Position numbers and translations under genes: made by a program. A DNA stretch of 64,000 nucleotides, taken from assembly GCA_049999805.1 (NCBI GenBank), contig JBNGIO010006232.1, positions 1 through 64,000 on the forward strand. The letters run 5' to 3'. A model generated the notes under the pieces. The model saw only the letters and a program-made list of their open reading frames with translations. It made no database searches and was not told the DNA's origin. Origin of the DNA: Folioceros fuciformis (lineage: Eukaryota). Of the stretch, positions 11,053 through 25,346 are shown one piece after another. Position 1 is the first letter of the stretch, and every line of letters starts with the position of its first letter.

Positions 11053-13948
11053 ATGGGGAAGAAGCAGCACAGCAAGGATCGCATGTTCATCACCCGCTCG
11101 GAGTGGGCTACAGAGTGGGGCGGTGCGAAGAATCGGGACTTGCGATTGCCTTTCAAGCAACTGCCCTTCTACTGCTGCGCGTACGTTGGTGTGAGGGAAT
11201 TTTCGGTTTGGTCTCTTTTCGTGTTTTTGGGTGCTGGTTGCTGACCCGATAGTGGATGGCGCCTGCAGGCTGACTTTCACCCCGTTTGAAGACCCCGTGG
11301 GAACAGCAGAGGGACATGTTTTTGAGATCATGTGAGTGGGTTGATGCAAGATGAGAATGTGAAAGTTTGAGTAGAGACGTGATTTGACTTACTGTGATGA
11401 GAGGACATGACATGAGATGAGGACTTGGGCTTTTGTTCTGTGCAGGAACATCGTGCCGTACATACAAAAGTACGGCAAAAATCCAGTTTCTGGGACACCG
11501 TTGGCCGTGAAGGATCTCATTAAGCTGCGATTCCACAGGAACTCAGATGGTATGATTTACGATGGTGACTGATGGGTTTGGAAAGTTGGTGAGATGCTTT
11601 GATGTTTGATAGCTGGCTCCGTAGTGACGTTCCCTTCGTGAACGTGCCCGTCTTCAGGAGAGTATCAGTGTCCAGTGCTCAACAAGGTTTTCACGGAGTT
11701 CACCCATATCGTGGCTGTGAAGACAACTGGCAACGTATTTTGTTATGAGGTTTTTCTCAGTTCATGAGATTTCTTGTTTTTCTGCATGTGTTGTATCACA
11801 TTCAACGCAGTGTTGTGACCTGACCTGGGATGGGACCTGGGATGCAGGCGGTTCGTGAGCTCAACATTAAGACCAAAAATTGGAGGGAACTGCTTTCCGA
11901 TGAGCCGTTTTGTAGGGATGACATCATCACCATTCAGGTCAGCCTTCAATCGTGAAACCATGGCAGGCTGAAAATCTGTCAGGCGAGGCAAACTTTGCTT
12001 TGCAGGGCCACCCAGTAGCTGCAATATGGATATAATTTGAACTGGATGTTTCCCAGATCCTGTGAGGCTGAAGGGCCAGCCTGGCGTTTGAACCGAATCT
12101 TGACATTCATCTGTTGCGACAGGATCCTAATAACCTGAATGCCAAGCTTCTAACAGAATTTGACCATGTGAAGCGTGAGCTTAAACTTGATGATGAAGGT
12201 ATGCTTTTAGCAGACTGTTTGATGTGTGGAGCTCCGTTCAAGATGGGTCCGTGGGGCCGTGGGGCTCATCATTCTCATGTTAATCTGAGCGTATTGTGAT
12301 TACAGAGTTGAGAAAGCTGCAGGAAGATCCTACGTACAACATCAATATGTCGGACGATATCAAGCGCATGATGCATGACCTTGGAACAGACAAAGGCAAA
12401 GAAGCCGCCTTGAATGGTGGAGGTGGTGGAAAGGCCCAACGGGAAAGAGCTGCCGCAGTAGCAGCTTTGGATGAAACAAGAGAGCGCGCAGCTAAAATGG
12501 AAGCAGCTACTAAATCCAAGCCTGATAAGCCACCAGCTATGAGTGTGGTTGATGCCGCGTCAGCCTCAGTTCACGGAAGGAGTGCAGCGGCTGCTAAAGC
12601 TGGGACACCTGAAAATACAGCTGCTCGTGTAGCTCTCCATGCACAGGGAGAGCTAGTTCCTGTGAACACTAAGCTGGTAGGCTACTGCTCGTTGACCTTG
12701 CAGCCATCTAGGAGATCCTGTCGTTCACAACTTGTTTTGCCACTGACACCCTGTGATTCCTCGACACAGATCAAAAGCAAGTACACCACCGGGGCTGCAT
12801 CTCGATCCTTTACTTCCACCTCCTATGACCCTGTCACAACTAATGATTTTGAGTATGTCAAAGCTGAGAAGAATCCCACGAAGAAAGGGTATGTCCGATT
12901 GCATTCCACACATGGAGACCTTAACATTGAACTCCATTGTGACATAACACCCCGAGCATGTGAGAACTTTATCACCCTGTGCGAGCGGGGCTATTATGAC
13001 GGCATTGCTTTCCACCGGAATATCAGGTTTGCTTGTGTCCGCAGCCGTCAGCTTCTGTTGTTGTGTCCGTGAGGTGAAGCGCCACCATATCTAACATGAA
13101 GTTGTTGTCTTGTGTAGGAATTTTATGATTCAAGGGGGTGATCCAACTGGGACAGGTAAAGGTGGGGAGTCCATTTGGGGAAAGCCTTTCAAAGATGAGC
13201 TGAACTCGAAGCTCATCCATTCAGGACGGGGTGTTGTTAGTATGGCCAACAGTGGACCACACACAAATGGGTCTCAGTTCTTTATTTTGTACAAGTCAGC
13301 TCAGCATCTCAACTACAAACACACAATATTTGGAAAAGTTGTCGGAGGGCTAGAGACACTTGCAGCCATGGAAAAAGTTCCTATTGATGATGACGACAGG
13401 CCATTGGTAATCTCGTAACTTGGCAGACTCCTGTTTCTCGCCGTTGGCTATGTTAATCTGGCTAGATGTGAGACTGAGCGCAATCGCCCTTGCATTTTTT
13501 GCCTGACATTCGCGGAACTGTTATCATTGTGGGATTGTGGCAGGAGGAGATCAAGATCCTGAGTGTTTCTATTTTCGTCAACCCATATGCAGAGCTAGAC
13601 GAAGAGGAGGAACGGGAGAAGAGCAAGCCAGTCAAAACTCCTCAGGAACTTGCTGAGGATGTGAGCACCATCCATCCTTTTGCTTTGACGTCCCTAGTTT
13701 GTGGTTTGCTGAGCATCGGTGTTGGCTAACAGAGTCTCTCTATCCCACAGGAAAAGGTGGGCTCATGGTTCAGCAATCCAGGGTCAGGAGTCTCTCTTGT
13801 AGCGAATGGTAATGGTGTCGGCAAATACCTAAAAGTGAGGCAGGTGGCGAAGGATGTTGGAGCCTCGAGCTTAGAAGACAACATCAACAACAAGAAGCGG
13901 AAAGCCGAAGTTGCAGGAGTAGAATTCAAGGATTTCTCTGGATGGTAA
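11053..13948 (+). CDS. CYP65: U-box/cyclophilin peptidyl-prolyl isomerase (CYP65 / PPIL2 type)
   Basis: Starts [18 protein letters not shown]...LPFYCC. Cyclophilin core [10 protein letters not shown]...ENFITLC...[27 protein letters not shown]...[16 protein letters not shown]. Ends FKDFSGW-stop at 13948. Multi-exon, GT-AG introns. Confidence 0.93.
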
Positions 13949-14421
13949 TCGGCCTTTGTGTACCATAGTAGATGTCAGAACTGTCAAGTGCATGGAGTTT
14001 CCTTCCATGCCCGTGTACATTGGCACGCGTCCCCAGGCTCTCCATCCTATGTAGTTTAATGATTGTCATAAATTGAAACCATCCGGAAACGAATGTCAAA
14101 AACATGTCTGATCTTAATGAAACACGTGGGACAATAGCGACACTCTTGATTGTTCCAATTTCAAAATCTAGGTGTATCCGCACTCGGCCGCCCCCTTTTC
14201 TAGGTGCACTCAAGGGTGTAGCATGTTCCGAATATGGCCTGCATCACCCAAGTACAACGACATACTAATAACTGGCTTACCAGGAATTGCCCTTTGTTGC
14301 CTATCAAATGTTGCAGGGCATAGGAAGAATTGTGTGATGAAGCCTTTGTGAGGAAACTCTATCTAACGTGGATACAACCTTTGATGCAAAAGATGAAACA
14401 CTTCCCTTGGGTGGGCAGTGT

Positions 14422-14474
14422 CTTGCTAATGGTAGTCCTGATTAACCCTTGCTAATGGTAGTCCTGATTAACCC
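14422..14474. repeat. 26-bp perfect tandem duplication (cttgctaatggtagtcctgattaacc x2)
   Basis: Read directly. Confidence 0.9.
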
Positions 14475-15785
14475 GGCATACAAGATAGTTTGATGTGGCT
14501 TGTGTGGATAAAGGAGGCTACACTTTTTTTGTGCTAAGAGGCAACCACTCATTCCATGCAAGGTCTAGAATTATCACATCTTTCCCTGTTGAAAGAAAAG
14601 GTGAAGTGGCTGAATGCTTATGTACTCATGGGACTCACCATGGAGAAGATGCACCTTATTGCACATACCACAATACCATTGTTATGCAAGACTTTTACTT
14701 TTATAGATTGTGTCAAATACATGAGAGACGAGCTGCTAACAAGAAAGACGAAGGTTTTGAACTACTGTGGTGTAATTGACAGTAGGATATTAAATTTCTT
14801 TGTGGTAACTTCACCACATATATAAATGCCTCCTTTTTCATAGACCTTCAAGTAGATGAAAAAACACTTGTGGATGAAATGTTTGAAAAGTGGGAGTGGA
14901 AGCAACTATCAGAACACATGGATGCAACACNNNNNNNNNNNNNNNNNNNNNNNNNNNNNNNNNNNNNNNNNNNNNNNNNNNNNNNNNNNNNNNNNNNNNN
15001 NNNNNNNNNNNNNNNNNNNNNNNNNNNNNNAGCTCATGTTGGCAATGGCAACCTCGACCTTCTAAGATGACTACTGTAAACTCCAAGAGAAATTGTGCTC
15101 GTAGAAGTCATGGAATCCGAAATTCATGTAAGGGTTTGGCAACCAAACAAAAAAAAAGGGCATAAGAAGATTGAGGAGTACCATAAATTGCAAGAGATAT
15201 TGTGGTGGTAGATTTCAAGAAAATCTAAAATTCATGCAAGGGTCGGAAGGATTTTCAAGGTATGAGCAATCTAGTACAAGGAGGCGACAACTCGTATGAA
15301 GATACTATCTAGAGAGATTCTTTGAAGCATATACAAATGTGGTTGGAGAAGGCGAAGAAGCTAAACATCATCCATGTCACACTGGCCAAGCATTGAAATT
15401 GCGAAATATGAAAGCAAGTGAGAAGAAGTACCTGTAATATAACATAGCTGACCATATCAACAATTTTCAACCATCATTTCAGAATGTGGTAAGTGGACAT
15501 TAGGTTTGTGTTTTAATGCACCAAATGTTCTATACATGGAGTTTGTGGCCAGATTTGAAGTGATAATCAGTATTTGGAGGTCTTGATATTAAGTAATGTT
15601 CCCTCCATAAGCGAACATGATGCTTAAGTGAAAGGACTTTTAGGGTTTTATGGTTTAGGGTTTGCCTAGTAGTTTCAAAGAGCACATCCTAAATGCAAAG
15701 CTTTGAGGCTAATGGAAAATGTGCAGAGGCACTTGTTATATGACATTTAAGGATGACAAGGGAAGAAAGAGTAATGACTATGTAA

Positions 15786-15808
15786 TATATATATATATAT
15801 ATATATAT
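15786..15808. repeat. (AT)n microsatellite
   Basis: About 11 AT units. Confidence 0.9.
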
Positions 15809-17599
15809 CCCTACAATGGCCATATGTCATTGATAGGATTTCTTCTTCTTCTATGCACAACTAAAAGAATTAGCATTGGCATAAAAAAGATACGTAGGGA
15901 ATGCATGTATATTCTCTATGTTTTATATATATTAAGAAGCAAACCATTGCAAGATAAGACCCAAAAGAAACTAATTAGAAATAATAACAACAACATACTA
16001 TGCAAAGATGGTTTCATAAATCTAATTGTATTGAGACATCAACCCAAACATACAATCCCGATGCTCCAAACTTGCTTGACAATTTCTGGGTGGATAGCCA
16101 ATCAACTATCCACCCTAATCCTGATGCATATTGTTGTGACTCATATTGCTTTATTTGCGACACACTTTGATTTTTTTGTTTTCAATAAGGATGAATACCT
16201 CCCACTACTTTAAAGGTGAACATAAAAAAGCAATGGTAAAAAAATAAATAAATTACGGTGCATGCAAAAGTCACGACAAGTTCATAGTTCGTGTGTTTGA
16301 TAATTTGAAAAGCAACATTGTATAATAATATAGGATGTGGCTAAAATGTGTTTAATAATTCACTAAATTCTCGAAACACTAATAGTATATAACAACTAGT
16401 GTGGCAAGCGGAATGGCAAATTCTTATGTATTTGACCTTGCAATTGTATGCAATACTATACTTATTATGACCGAATGCTAAACAATATAATTTTGTTGTG
16501 ATTGACATAACAAAGTTTTTATTTGTCCCTAAGACATAAAGGAATGTTTCAACTATGCCAGTCAACATGCTTTAAGGAACTTGTGTAGGGAATGTATAAT
16601 GTGGCTACATTGTGTGATTAGGAGGCTTCTTGAAAACCTAAAATATTGGGCATTCGGTAATGTTTACCTTTGACTCAATAGGGCAACTTGCTAGGGGACA
16701 GTTATCAAGATTATTGCCCCACCAATTGAGATTTATATCTTTCATTCGCATAGTGAAGTAGATTGCCACACCCATATATGCCACTCATGCATCCAAAGTT
16801 GCTAACAGGACATAGTTGTATCATCTCCTCGATGACTTATAGTGTCTACAAATGTAGAAGCTAAAGATAAGGGCCATTGCAAACCAAGAGGTGAAGTTCA
16901 CACTAGTGGCAAAAGCTTGGAGGCCATCCATATGGACATGAGAGCTAGAGCTCCAAACAAGGAGAACCAGTTGAGCACATAGTATTGGCCTTTGATAAAT
17001 ATCTCCCTTGGTCCTACTGGTCCCCAAATCACAGATGCAGAGAAAAAAGTCCGATCCCCTAGACATCTCCAAGGGCTACTGGGAGGTAACATGTATACAT
17101 TGTAAATGTTGTTCATTGTGCTAAGTAACCACCATGCTACTCCCACATGTACGCATACAGCAACGATTGTTTCTGTAAATTGGTTATATCATGTCCAAAA
17201 AGTTCCATCAACAATTTACAATAATTTGTAAGTATATGCATAATAGATTAAAAAAAAAATATGTCTAAGAACATAGAACAAATCACCCAACAAGTTGCCA
17301 ACCAAACCAATAAAGGCCCTAAATTAAAATGTCTAAGATTGTAAGACTAATGAGACCTACAGTTTAAAATGGTTGGAGATCTAAGCATACCTATGTTGCA
17401 AACATGCTACGTGGGGGGATCTTCATGTAGAGGCCGATTTGTTGAAGTCTTGCAAAAAAGCCAAAGCTTGGGTCATACTAATGTAGCCATAAGTTTTATA
17501 ATTGACATTAGCAATGGGTTTTAGGGTGAAGGTATGAAGGTATGATTTGTAGATGGCATGTGGCCCATCATACTCATACCACTAGCAAAGAATAGATTT

Positions 17600-17664
17600 G
17601 CTAGGATTAAAGTACATATATCACCTTTGTAGAGCTAGGATTAAAGTACATTTATCACCTTTGT
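17600..17664. repeat. 31-bp near-perfect direct repeat, 34-bp period
   Basis: gctaggattaaagtacat(a/t)tatcacctttgt occurs twice. Confidence 0.88.
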
Positions 17665-20600
17665 CAAGGTTGTAGGAAGGCATAAGGATTGTAGGGTGGA
17701 CTATAGACTTGTGATGTTCGTAGTTCCCGTAGGGATCATAGGGGCAGTAGTTGGGCATAATGAAGCAGCAATCACACGAGTCGAAGCGATTTGCGAGTAA
17801 TTTTGTTACCCCTAGCTAAAGATCAAAGCATGTCTGGCAACCTTGCCACTCAGAGACACTTAACGATAAAGATATAGCTACGGCATTCTACAAACTTTCA
17901 CATCGTCAGCTTTTATTTCAATTGGTTGCCTTCGAGATTTGTAGAGGAGCTTCTTAAGCTTTGGTGTTTTAGTCGACTTCTTGGCTTTCGGGATTTCCTT
18001 TCTTGGAGTGGATTCCTTTGCCTTAAAAAGCTCTGTTTTGCATCTAATAGCTATATAAGGATGGCACGAAGTTCAAAAGGTAGCAAAATTGGAGGTAGTG
18101 ACAAAACTTGCAATTGAAGAGGTGATCTAGTTTCACTACTTTCAATTGTTACAGAGGACAACAAAATTCCTAAGACTTGTTTGAGTTTTGACCCTAGGCC
18201 AAAAAGGCCAATGTACAACTGCAATGGGTTCATGGATGGTCTTGGTCCTTTTTGCATAAGGGACTGGTGGAGGAATGCTATGGGAGCTTATTATGAATGG
18301 AAGAAGAGCTAGCTGATTTGCCAAATTGAAACACTAGGAAAAACATTCGATGTTGGACAGACACGAGCATTTGGCCAGTCTACAATTGGTTGAAGGATGA
18401 GAATGATGGAATAAGTTTGATGGACAAAACAACCTATAGCAAAACGCTCAATACCCCTCCCATATGGAAAAGTGGATAGGTTGATAGAATGCATATATAC
18501 AAAAAGTAAGAACATGTGGTGAACTAACCAAACTAAGAAGCCTAAGCGGAGAACTTTTATGAAGATTGTTCTTGGTTTGGTAAACTATTAAAGAACCTTA
18601 TACTGTAGCAATAATTTTTTTTCATTTAATGTGGACGGTAACTCTGGAGGAGAAGCCTTTAGCTAGTTGGGGGCTCATCATACATAAAGCCTACATCTAC
18701 TATCACAAAAAAGTGCCGAAGCCCAACATACACTACCAACGATGGAGGGGCCATACCTTGCTACTTGTCCACCTATCTAATCTAGTTCATGAATGGTGTA
18801 TAAATAAGGGAAGGGGTGTGTAGTGGATTAGAGTAGTTGGAGCTCACTTTGGAAGGGGAGCACGTCCACCTGATCACAATTATAAGTTGAAAAAGTAAGG
18901 CTGGTAACCTCACCCCAAGAAAATGACACTTGATGTTGGATTGCTCAAGAGTGTTGACTGGCACCACAATGCTACTAATACTAAAGTAGAGTCCTGGAAG
19001 GGTAACATACAAGCCTCATCACATTTGACGTGGAAATCGATCCTGTTGTGTTAAACATCGTCAATCATAAGCACAAGGTCTCACCACATACGCTGACCAT
19101 ATGTTGATACGCTAATATGCTGGTTAGGTTGCTGGTTGGAGCATAGGCGAGATTGTCTTGTTCGTGGACAAGGAAAAAGAGCTAACTCCTTATCCCAAAT
19201 GAGAACCAATACAATGCCTTGTGAGGAAATGCCCCAGCGTTCTATCACGCACATCGATTAGTTCTAAACAAAGAAATCGTCATAGTTAGCTCGCAGCAGC
19301 ACCGCGCTGGACAACTCGGCTCGTGCTTCTTGCAGATGTTTTTGGCTTTACAACCACTCCGCTAGGACCATACTGTGACAGCCGCCACGAGACCTTCCAA
19401 CTCGCAATCTCTTGAGAGCAAATCTACTCAACATCACGTGCCTTGTAGATCCACAAACCGTGCCCCTGGCAAACGCGGTTGTAATGAGTTGGAATAAGTT
19501 CGTGGCTACCCTATGAGCTAGGCATCCATACCATCACGCTCAAACACGCACCCTGGCACACATCCACACTCACAATCACAGCAACACGTTCATAAACATG
19601 TCGTCCTCAATTGAGAAAGTTCAGCATCAGACCACAATGTTTTGTGAGCAACATTCAACAGTGTTCAGCTCTGCACTTCCATGGTAGCCTTGTCAAGAAC
19701 TTCTAGCAATGACTCAGCCATGCTCAGCAGCTTGATACTCATTTATGTCTTTCTTGCTCCAGGCTATGTGACGCATTCTCACTCCACGCTGTTGCTGCCA
19801 TGCCACCCATGATCTCAATCTCGCAGCCATCTCCCAACATGATGCCCTACGCTCCCCGTCACCCAAGTTCAATCATCACTCGCCCGTTTGGCCCATTACG
19901 CCTCACTCACGAACTTGCCCTAACTATGCCCACACTTTCTATATTTGCTGATTTTTTGGTTATTTGATAACCAGCCCAATTATCTAGCCAAATTAATCAG
20001 CATAGCCTGACAATCCTTTATTGCAAAGACGTACATAAGTGCTCGTCCAATGACTTCTTACACCCGATCTTTTGGCTCTTGTAGAGACAAAGGAATGACA
20101 AAAGCCAAGCAACCCACTACCTAACTAATTGACAGCAGTGCTTCCTCCTTCTCAAAGTATCGGGCCTTGGTGAGGATGCTCGATTAAAGACCAAGCTGAA
20201 TGCCTACACCACCTCGTTGAGATGTGGGGCAAACCTTGCACAGGGTCCAAGCTCTACTTCCCTAAGGTGTTGCTAGAATTATTCGACTGTACGTGGGAGG
20301 AATTGTCCTCCACAACTAACTTTGAATCCAAGTTGCTAGGGTTTTCGAGCCCCAACCCCTTACGAGGGACTTAACCAGTCTGACTGCAAGGCGAACGCAC
20401 ATTGACCATATTGGCCCAAGAGAACATTGCCAAGCAAGCAATGAGGAGGTGGTAGTAGAAATGCAAAGCAAAATTGGGAGGTGGTAGTAGAAACGCGAAT
20501 CATAGAGTGAGCCATAGTGCGGAGCAAACCAAGATTTACTATGGAAGTTTCTCAAAACCTTCCATCATTGGTTGGATTTTCACAATAGAATAAGAGGAGG

Positions 20601-22393
20601 CCCCACACCAATTACCTCTTGCCTTGCAAAGCCTATAGAAAGATTTTCTAGCCATTAGTATTGTCACCAATTTCTTGAAGGCGGTTTTCAATATCTAGCA
20701 TACTTGGGACTATAAGTCAGGGTAGTTGAAGTGTGTGTAATTCCTATATGTTAGTTGCTTTTTGCTTTTGTTACCCCTTGACTCGTGTCTTCATTTGATT
20801 CAGGGATTGCCTTGCTGGTTTAATGTCCAAAGCCTATCATGGTGGCTAGAGATACGACGAAGGCAACATGGATTCTCATCACCTTTGGTTCACTTCTATT
20901 CATTGGGCTTGAAGTATGAGTACCCATGTAAACCTATTGTTATAAGCTAGTTGAGGTAGCTAGTCTTGCTCATGGGGACGAATTTGGGAGATCTAATGAC
21001 AACAATGGAAAAGTGTGGTTAGTAAATTGCAAAGCCCTAGGGACCTGGGGTTTTCCAACTACAAGGGCGGGACCCTCATTTAGGATGAACTTCCACCAAG
21101 TAATAGAGACTTAGAGCACCTTGGGCGCAGGTGAGCATATAGCATGGTATCCATCAGCTTGCCTAACGGGAGCATGATCATGTGCACATATACACCATAT
21201 CCATCCTCTATCTCATTTTTGTATTACAAAGGAATGCAACTCATTGAAGACAAAGTATTATTTATAAAGTTCAATTTGCCCTCTTAGTTTTCGCTCTCAC
21301 CAATGTTTTTATAATATCTTGGATCTATTATAAGAAATCTCTTGGACTTACTATAAGGAATCTTTGGAGTGGAGGGGACTTTCCATCTCTCTTTCAAGAA
21401 TAGAAAATATATAATATGCATTATAAAAAATACATCTATACATAGCTTGCAACATATGTTATGAATATCATTCCCTTAGGTGAACCTGTCTTCATTTTAT
21501 GATCTTTTATTACTGAAGTTATTATGTTTTGAAATTGTGAGATGCTAGTTAAACGGATCTGAGTTATGTAAGTTCAGCAAAGCGCGGAGAAAGAAATGAA
21601 ATGTGTGAATCCTCAGCAACTTTGGTTCTACCGAATCTGTCACTAGAACCAAGGTCCCGCTTCCTATGCAATAAGTAAAATAATAATATATATTAGAAAA
21701 TGAATATACGACCTTTTGGTTCACACCTGACAGTGTGGTCCGGGTGGACTAAGTGTCAAAGTGTGGCATGCAAAATGATGGAGGCTCATGTTCGGCATTT
21801 AAAATGCATCTGGGAGGTGCGCGGGACAGCGTGACGAGGCCGGGATTCGCCCTCCATTCCCGATGCAGGCAGCAAGAAAGCGAAAGAAGCATGCCGTCTC
21901 TGTCTCGAATGCTTTGTCCCTAAACGAATCGAGAGTTCCGATGCAGCTGGCCGAGGTCTTGCGACTCTCCCGGCACTCACCTTCTCCGGCCGTCAGCTGG
22001 CAACCAGAGAATTGCAGACTTGCTGTGGTAGGCAAATGGTGATCCAGGGCCGCAGCAGACTGACACTGATTCTTTAGAACAGTTTGAAGGATTGCGGAGG
22101 AAGCAGATTGGAGCTGCCGTGGCAGCAACCGACGGCGGTTATCACTGTGTTGTAGAAGGCGATTGCACAATTGCCGGAGTTGGCAGTGTCGACGAGATCT
22201 GTGCTGTGGTTCAGACTGTTCTGATGGGAGCTGAGGAGCGTGAAGGGGTTTGCTGGTGGTAATGTGATGCGGACCATGAGGTCAAGGAGCTTAGCTTGGT
22301 GTGTGAGGAAGTAAGAAAGTGGAGGTGCATCGTGTGATGCTAGAGGTGTGGGAGCTGATGGGTAGATTTTTAGGGCTTTTAGCGGGGAGGGTG

Positions 22394-24980
22394 ATGAGGA
22401 GGGACAGGGGACACTCGGTCAGGAGTTGGAGGGTGGCACGGCAGAGGGCTGGAGTTGTGTTTTTTCTGGTTTTGCTTTTCATGCTGGTGTATCAGTTTCA
22501 GCATCTGTTTCAGCCGGACCCGGTGTCTTTGAGGAGGGATCTTTATCCCTTGGACGTGACTCTGGAGGTACTGGAGCCACTGAGGTTAGATGATGATGAG
22601 GCGTTGGTAAGAGGAAGAGGGAGTGGGGAGGTGTCTCCTGGGGGTGCCACGATGACGGTGAATAAACTTGAGAATGGGTATGCGGTGCATCCGGTTAAGC
22701 ATCCGAGGACCAGGCGTAGGAGTAAGGTTGACGTAGGCATGCCTCAGTCAGTGTCGTTAGCTAAGGATAACCGGGATTCGTATCGGGGTCTGGAGGAGCA
22801 GGCGAAGGCTGCGTTTGCTGCGGGTGCGAAGAAATGGGAGGAATTGCAGCAGCTGTTGGCGAATAATAGTGGTTTTGGGGAAGCACGGGAGCCTCTGCCG
22901 AGTGAGAAGGAGGTCTGTCTGCCGAGTCGAAAGATGTCTGGGTGGGAATTTGGGCAGGCGGGGAATACGATGTTGCTGCCTTGCGGGCTTGTTTTTGGGT
23001 CGGCCATCACCATCCAGGGGAGGCCTCGAGAAGCTCATTTCGAGCACTCGTCGACTATTGGCAGGAAGGATGAGAAGAGCGTTCCTATTTCTCAGTTTTT
23101 TGTGGACCTGCTTGGATTAGGGCTGGCACATAATGATGAGGAGGTTCCAAGGATCTTGCACTTGAACCCGCGTGTGAGGGGTGACTGGAGTCAGAAGCCC
23201 GTCATTGAGCATAACTCTTGCTATCGTGGGCAGTGGGGGAATGCCCAGCGGTGTGATGGAACAGCATCTTCTGAGGACAGCGAGCCGAGAGGTATTGCAG
23301 CTTGCTGTTTGTGAGCTTCCTCTGGAGGGTGCAGGCATGCTTCTCTGTTCCGTGGGCTCCAGGAGATGAGAGGAAGATGGCTTTTTGTGTGCAGTGGAAG
23401 GGTACCTCACGTGTGAACCATGGGCTGACGATCAGGTCAGTCTGTCTGAAGAGAAGATTTCCTCGTGGCCTGACTGGATTCGAGGAACCAAGACACCAGC
23501 AGAATGGAAGTTCCCTTTCGTTGAGAATCGAGACTTTTCGCTTACCCTCAGGGCTGGGTATCAGGGGTATCATGTGATGGTGAATGGGCGGCATATTTCC
23601 TCTGTCCCTTACCGCCCTGTAAGAAAGTGGCAACTAACATCCTTTTAAGTCCTTTGCGACGGTATGTGACAAACTCGTTCTGAGGCTGAAGTGTTTCCTG
23701 CAGAGTTTTGTTGTGGAAGAGGCAACAGGACTGTCTGTGGGTGGGGACATCGACATTGATTCAGTATCCGTCGTAGACTTGCCTACGTCGTACCCTACGT
23801 TTTCATCCTTGCAGCTCCTCGAAGAGTGGTCTTCTAAGTATAAGGCGCCCCAAATTTCGGAAGGACCTACCGAACTGTTCATCGGCATCATGTCTCGCAG
23901 TGACCATTTCATTGAAAGGATGGCGGTTCGCAAAACATGGATGCAGTCAAAATCTGTACAAGATTCCACAGTGGTTGCTCGGTTTTTTGTTAGTTTGGTG
24001 AGCAGGATTCCTGTCAAGCGCCGCTGCAGTGTTCCCCTAGTTGCAGTGTTCCAGACTCTGAAATCTCTTTCTGGCTGTTGCAGGATGCAGATCAAGTTAC
24101 AAATGCCCAACTTGTGAAGGAAGCAAATTTTTATAACGACATTGTTATTGTACCCTTTATGGACAGCTATCCCCTGGTGGTGCTGAAGACATACGCCATT
24201 TGCGAACATGCGGTTAGTGTTACTTGGTTATACTAACCGCATGTGATAGGACGTGCTTGTGATTGCTTACTGCCATGTGATGAACGTCTTGTGGATTAAT
24301 GCTGATGGCCACTTTCTTCCAGGTGGGGACTTTCATGGCTCAGTACATCATGAAATGTGATGACGACACATTCATACGGGTGGAAGCCATCCTGAGCCTG
24401 GTTAGAAATGTACCTCCTGGCAAAAGTGTATACATCGGGAGCATGAACTACTACCATGAAGTCCTTCGAGGTGGCAAATGGGCAGTGACATACGAGGTAC
24501 GCGACGTGTAGTGGCGTTGCATGGAAGTCAGTCAGAGTCCGAAGCATTCCCCCTTTCCTTGCTGACGTGGAGATGTGTTACAGGAATGGTCTGGAGACGT
24601 CTATCCCCCGTACGCTAACGGACCGGGATATATAATATCGTCTGACATCGCACATTATACAGTAAAGCAACAATCGGAGGGAAACCTTACGGTAACTTCC
24701 TCTGCACATTGGCTCTGCTTCACAATCCCTGCTTCACAATCCCTGTCGTGGGCAGTACTTAATTCCCAATGTAATGCAGTTGTTCAAAATGGAGGACGTA
24801 GCCATGGGCATGTGGGTCGCGGAGTTCCATCAGCAGAAAAAAGTAGAGATTAGGGACGAGAAAAGGTTTTGCCAGGCAGGTTGTGTTCCTGACTACTACA
24901 GTGCCCACTACCAAACCCCTCGGCTCATGATGTGTTTGTGGAGGAATTTGATTCGCGGAAGTGGACGCTGCTGCGATTGA
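22394..24980 (+). CDS. GT31 galectin-domain beta-1,3-galactosyltransferase (hydroxyproline O-galactosyltransferase GALT2-6-like)
   Basis: N-terminal TM anchor. Galectin part [12 protein letters not shown]...[33 protein letters not shown]31 part LFIGIMS...[54 protein letters not shown], ending GRCCD-stop. Alternative ATGs at 22337 and 22358. Confidence 0.92.
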
Positions 24981-25346
24981 CGTCCGGCTGACGTCCACTC
25001 CATTCTTTCCCATTGCTGGAAGTCTATCGATGGCCATCTTCCGGTCATCTCATTGTTTAACATTATATCCTTGTACGTAGTCAATCTTTCCAATCCATCA
25101 GTCCATTTAATGATGCTTGTTAAAACGCCATTTGAAAGGCGTCCTTAGCCTCAGCTGAGGTTTGGATGCGTTGTGACAATGACCCATTGCACATTAGTGG
25201 AGAAGATGCCCTTCGGCAAGAGGAGGTTCGCTATGAGAGTGGCTTTTGCCTATTTGATTGCGTTCTGACAGCCAGCCCCATACTACCAGCCGATTATGTA
25301 CGTTCTGACAGCCGCTTGCGAACAGTCGATTTCGTTCACTAGAGGC

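Larger units (their letters stand above)
14200..21720. other. AT-rich gene-free tract, probably decayed repetitive/transposon-derived DNA
   Basis: Only short stop-riddled ORFs, lower GC, small tandem duplications, an (AT)n run and an N gap at 14931-15030. I could not recognise a diagnostic transposase, RT or integrase motif. Confidence 0.45.

Noticed and set aside
14495-21200. Short ORFs as transposon genes or real genes
   Set aside because: Stop-riddled, with no recognisable domain, LTRs or terminal inverted repeats found by eye.
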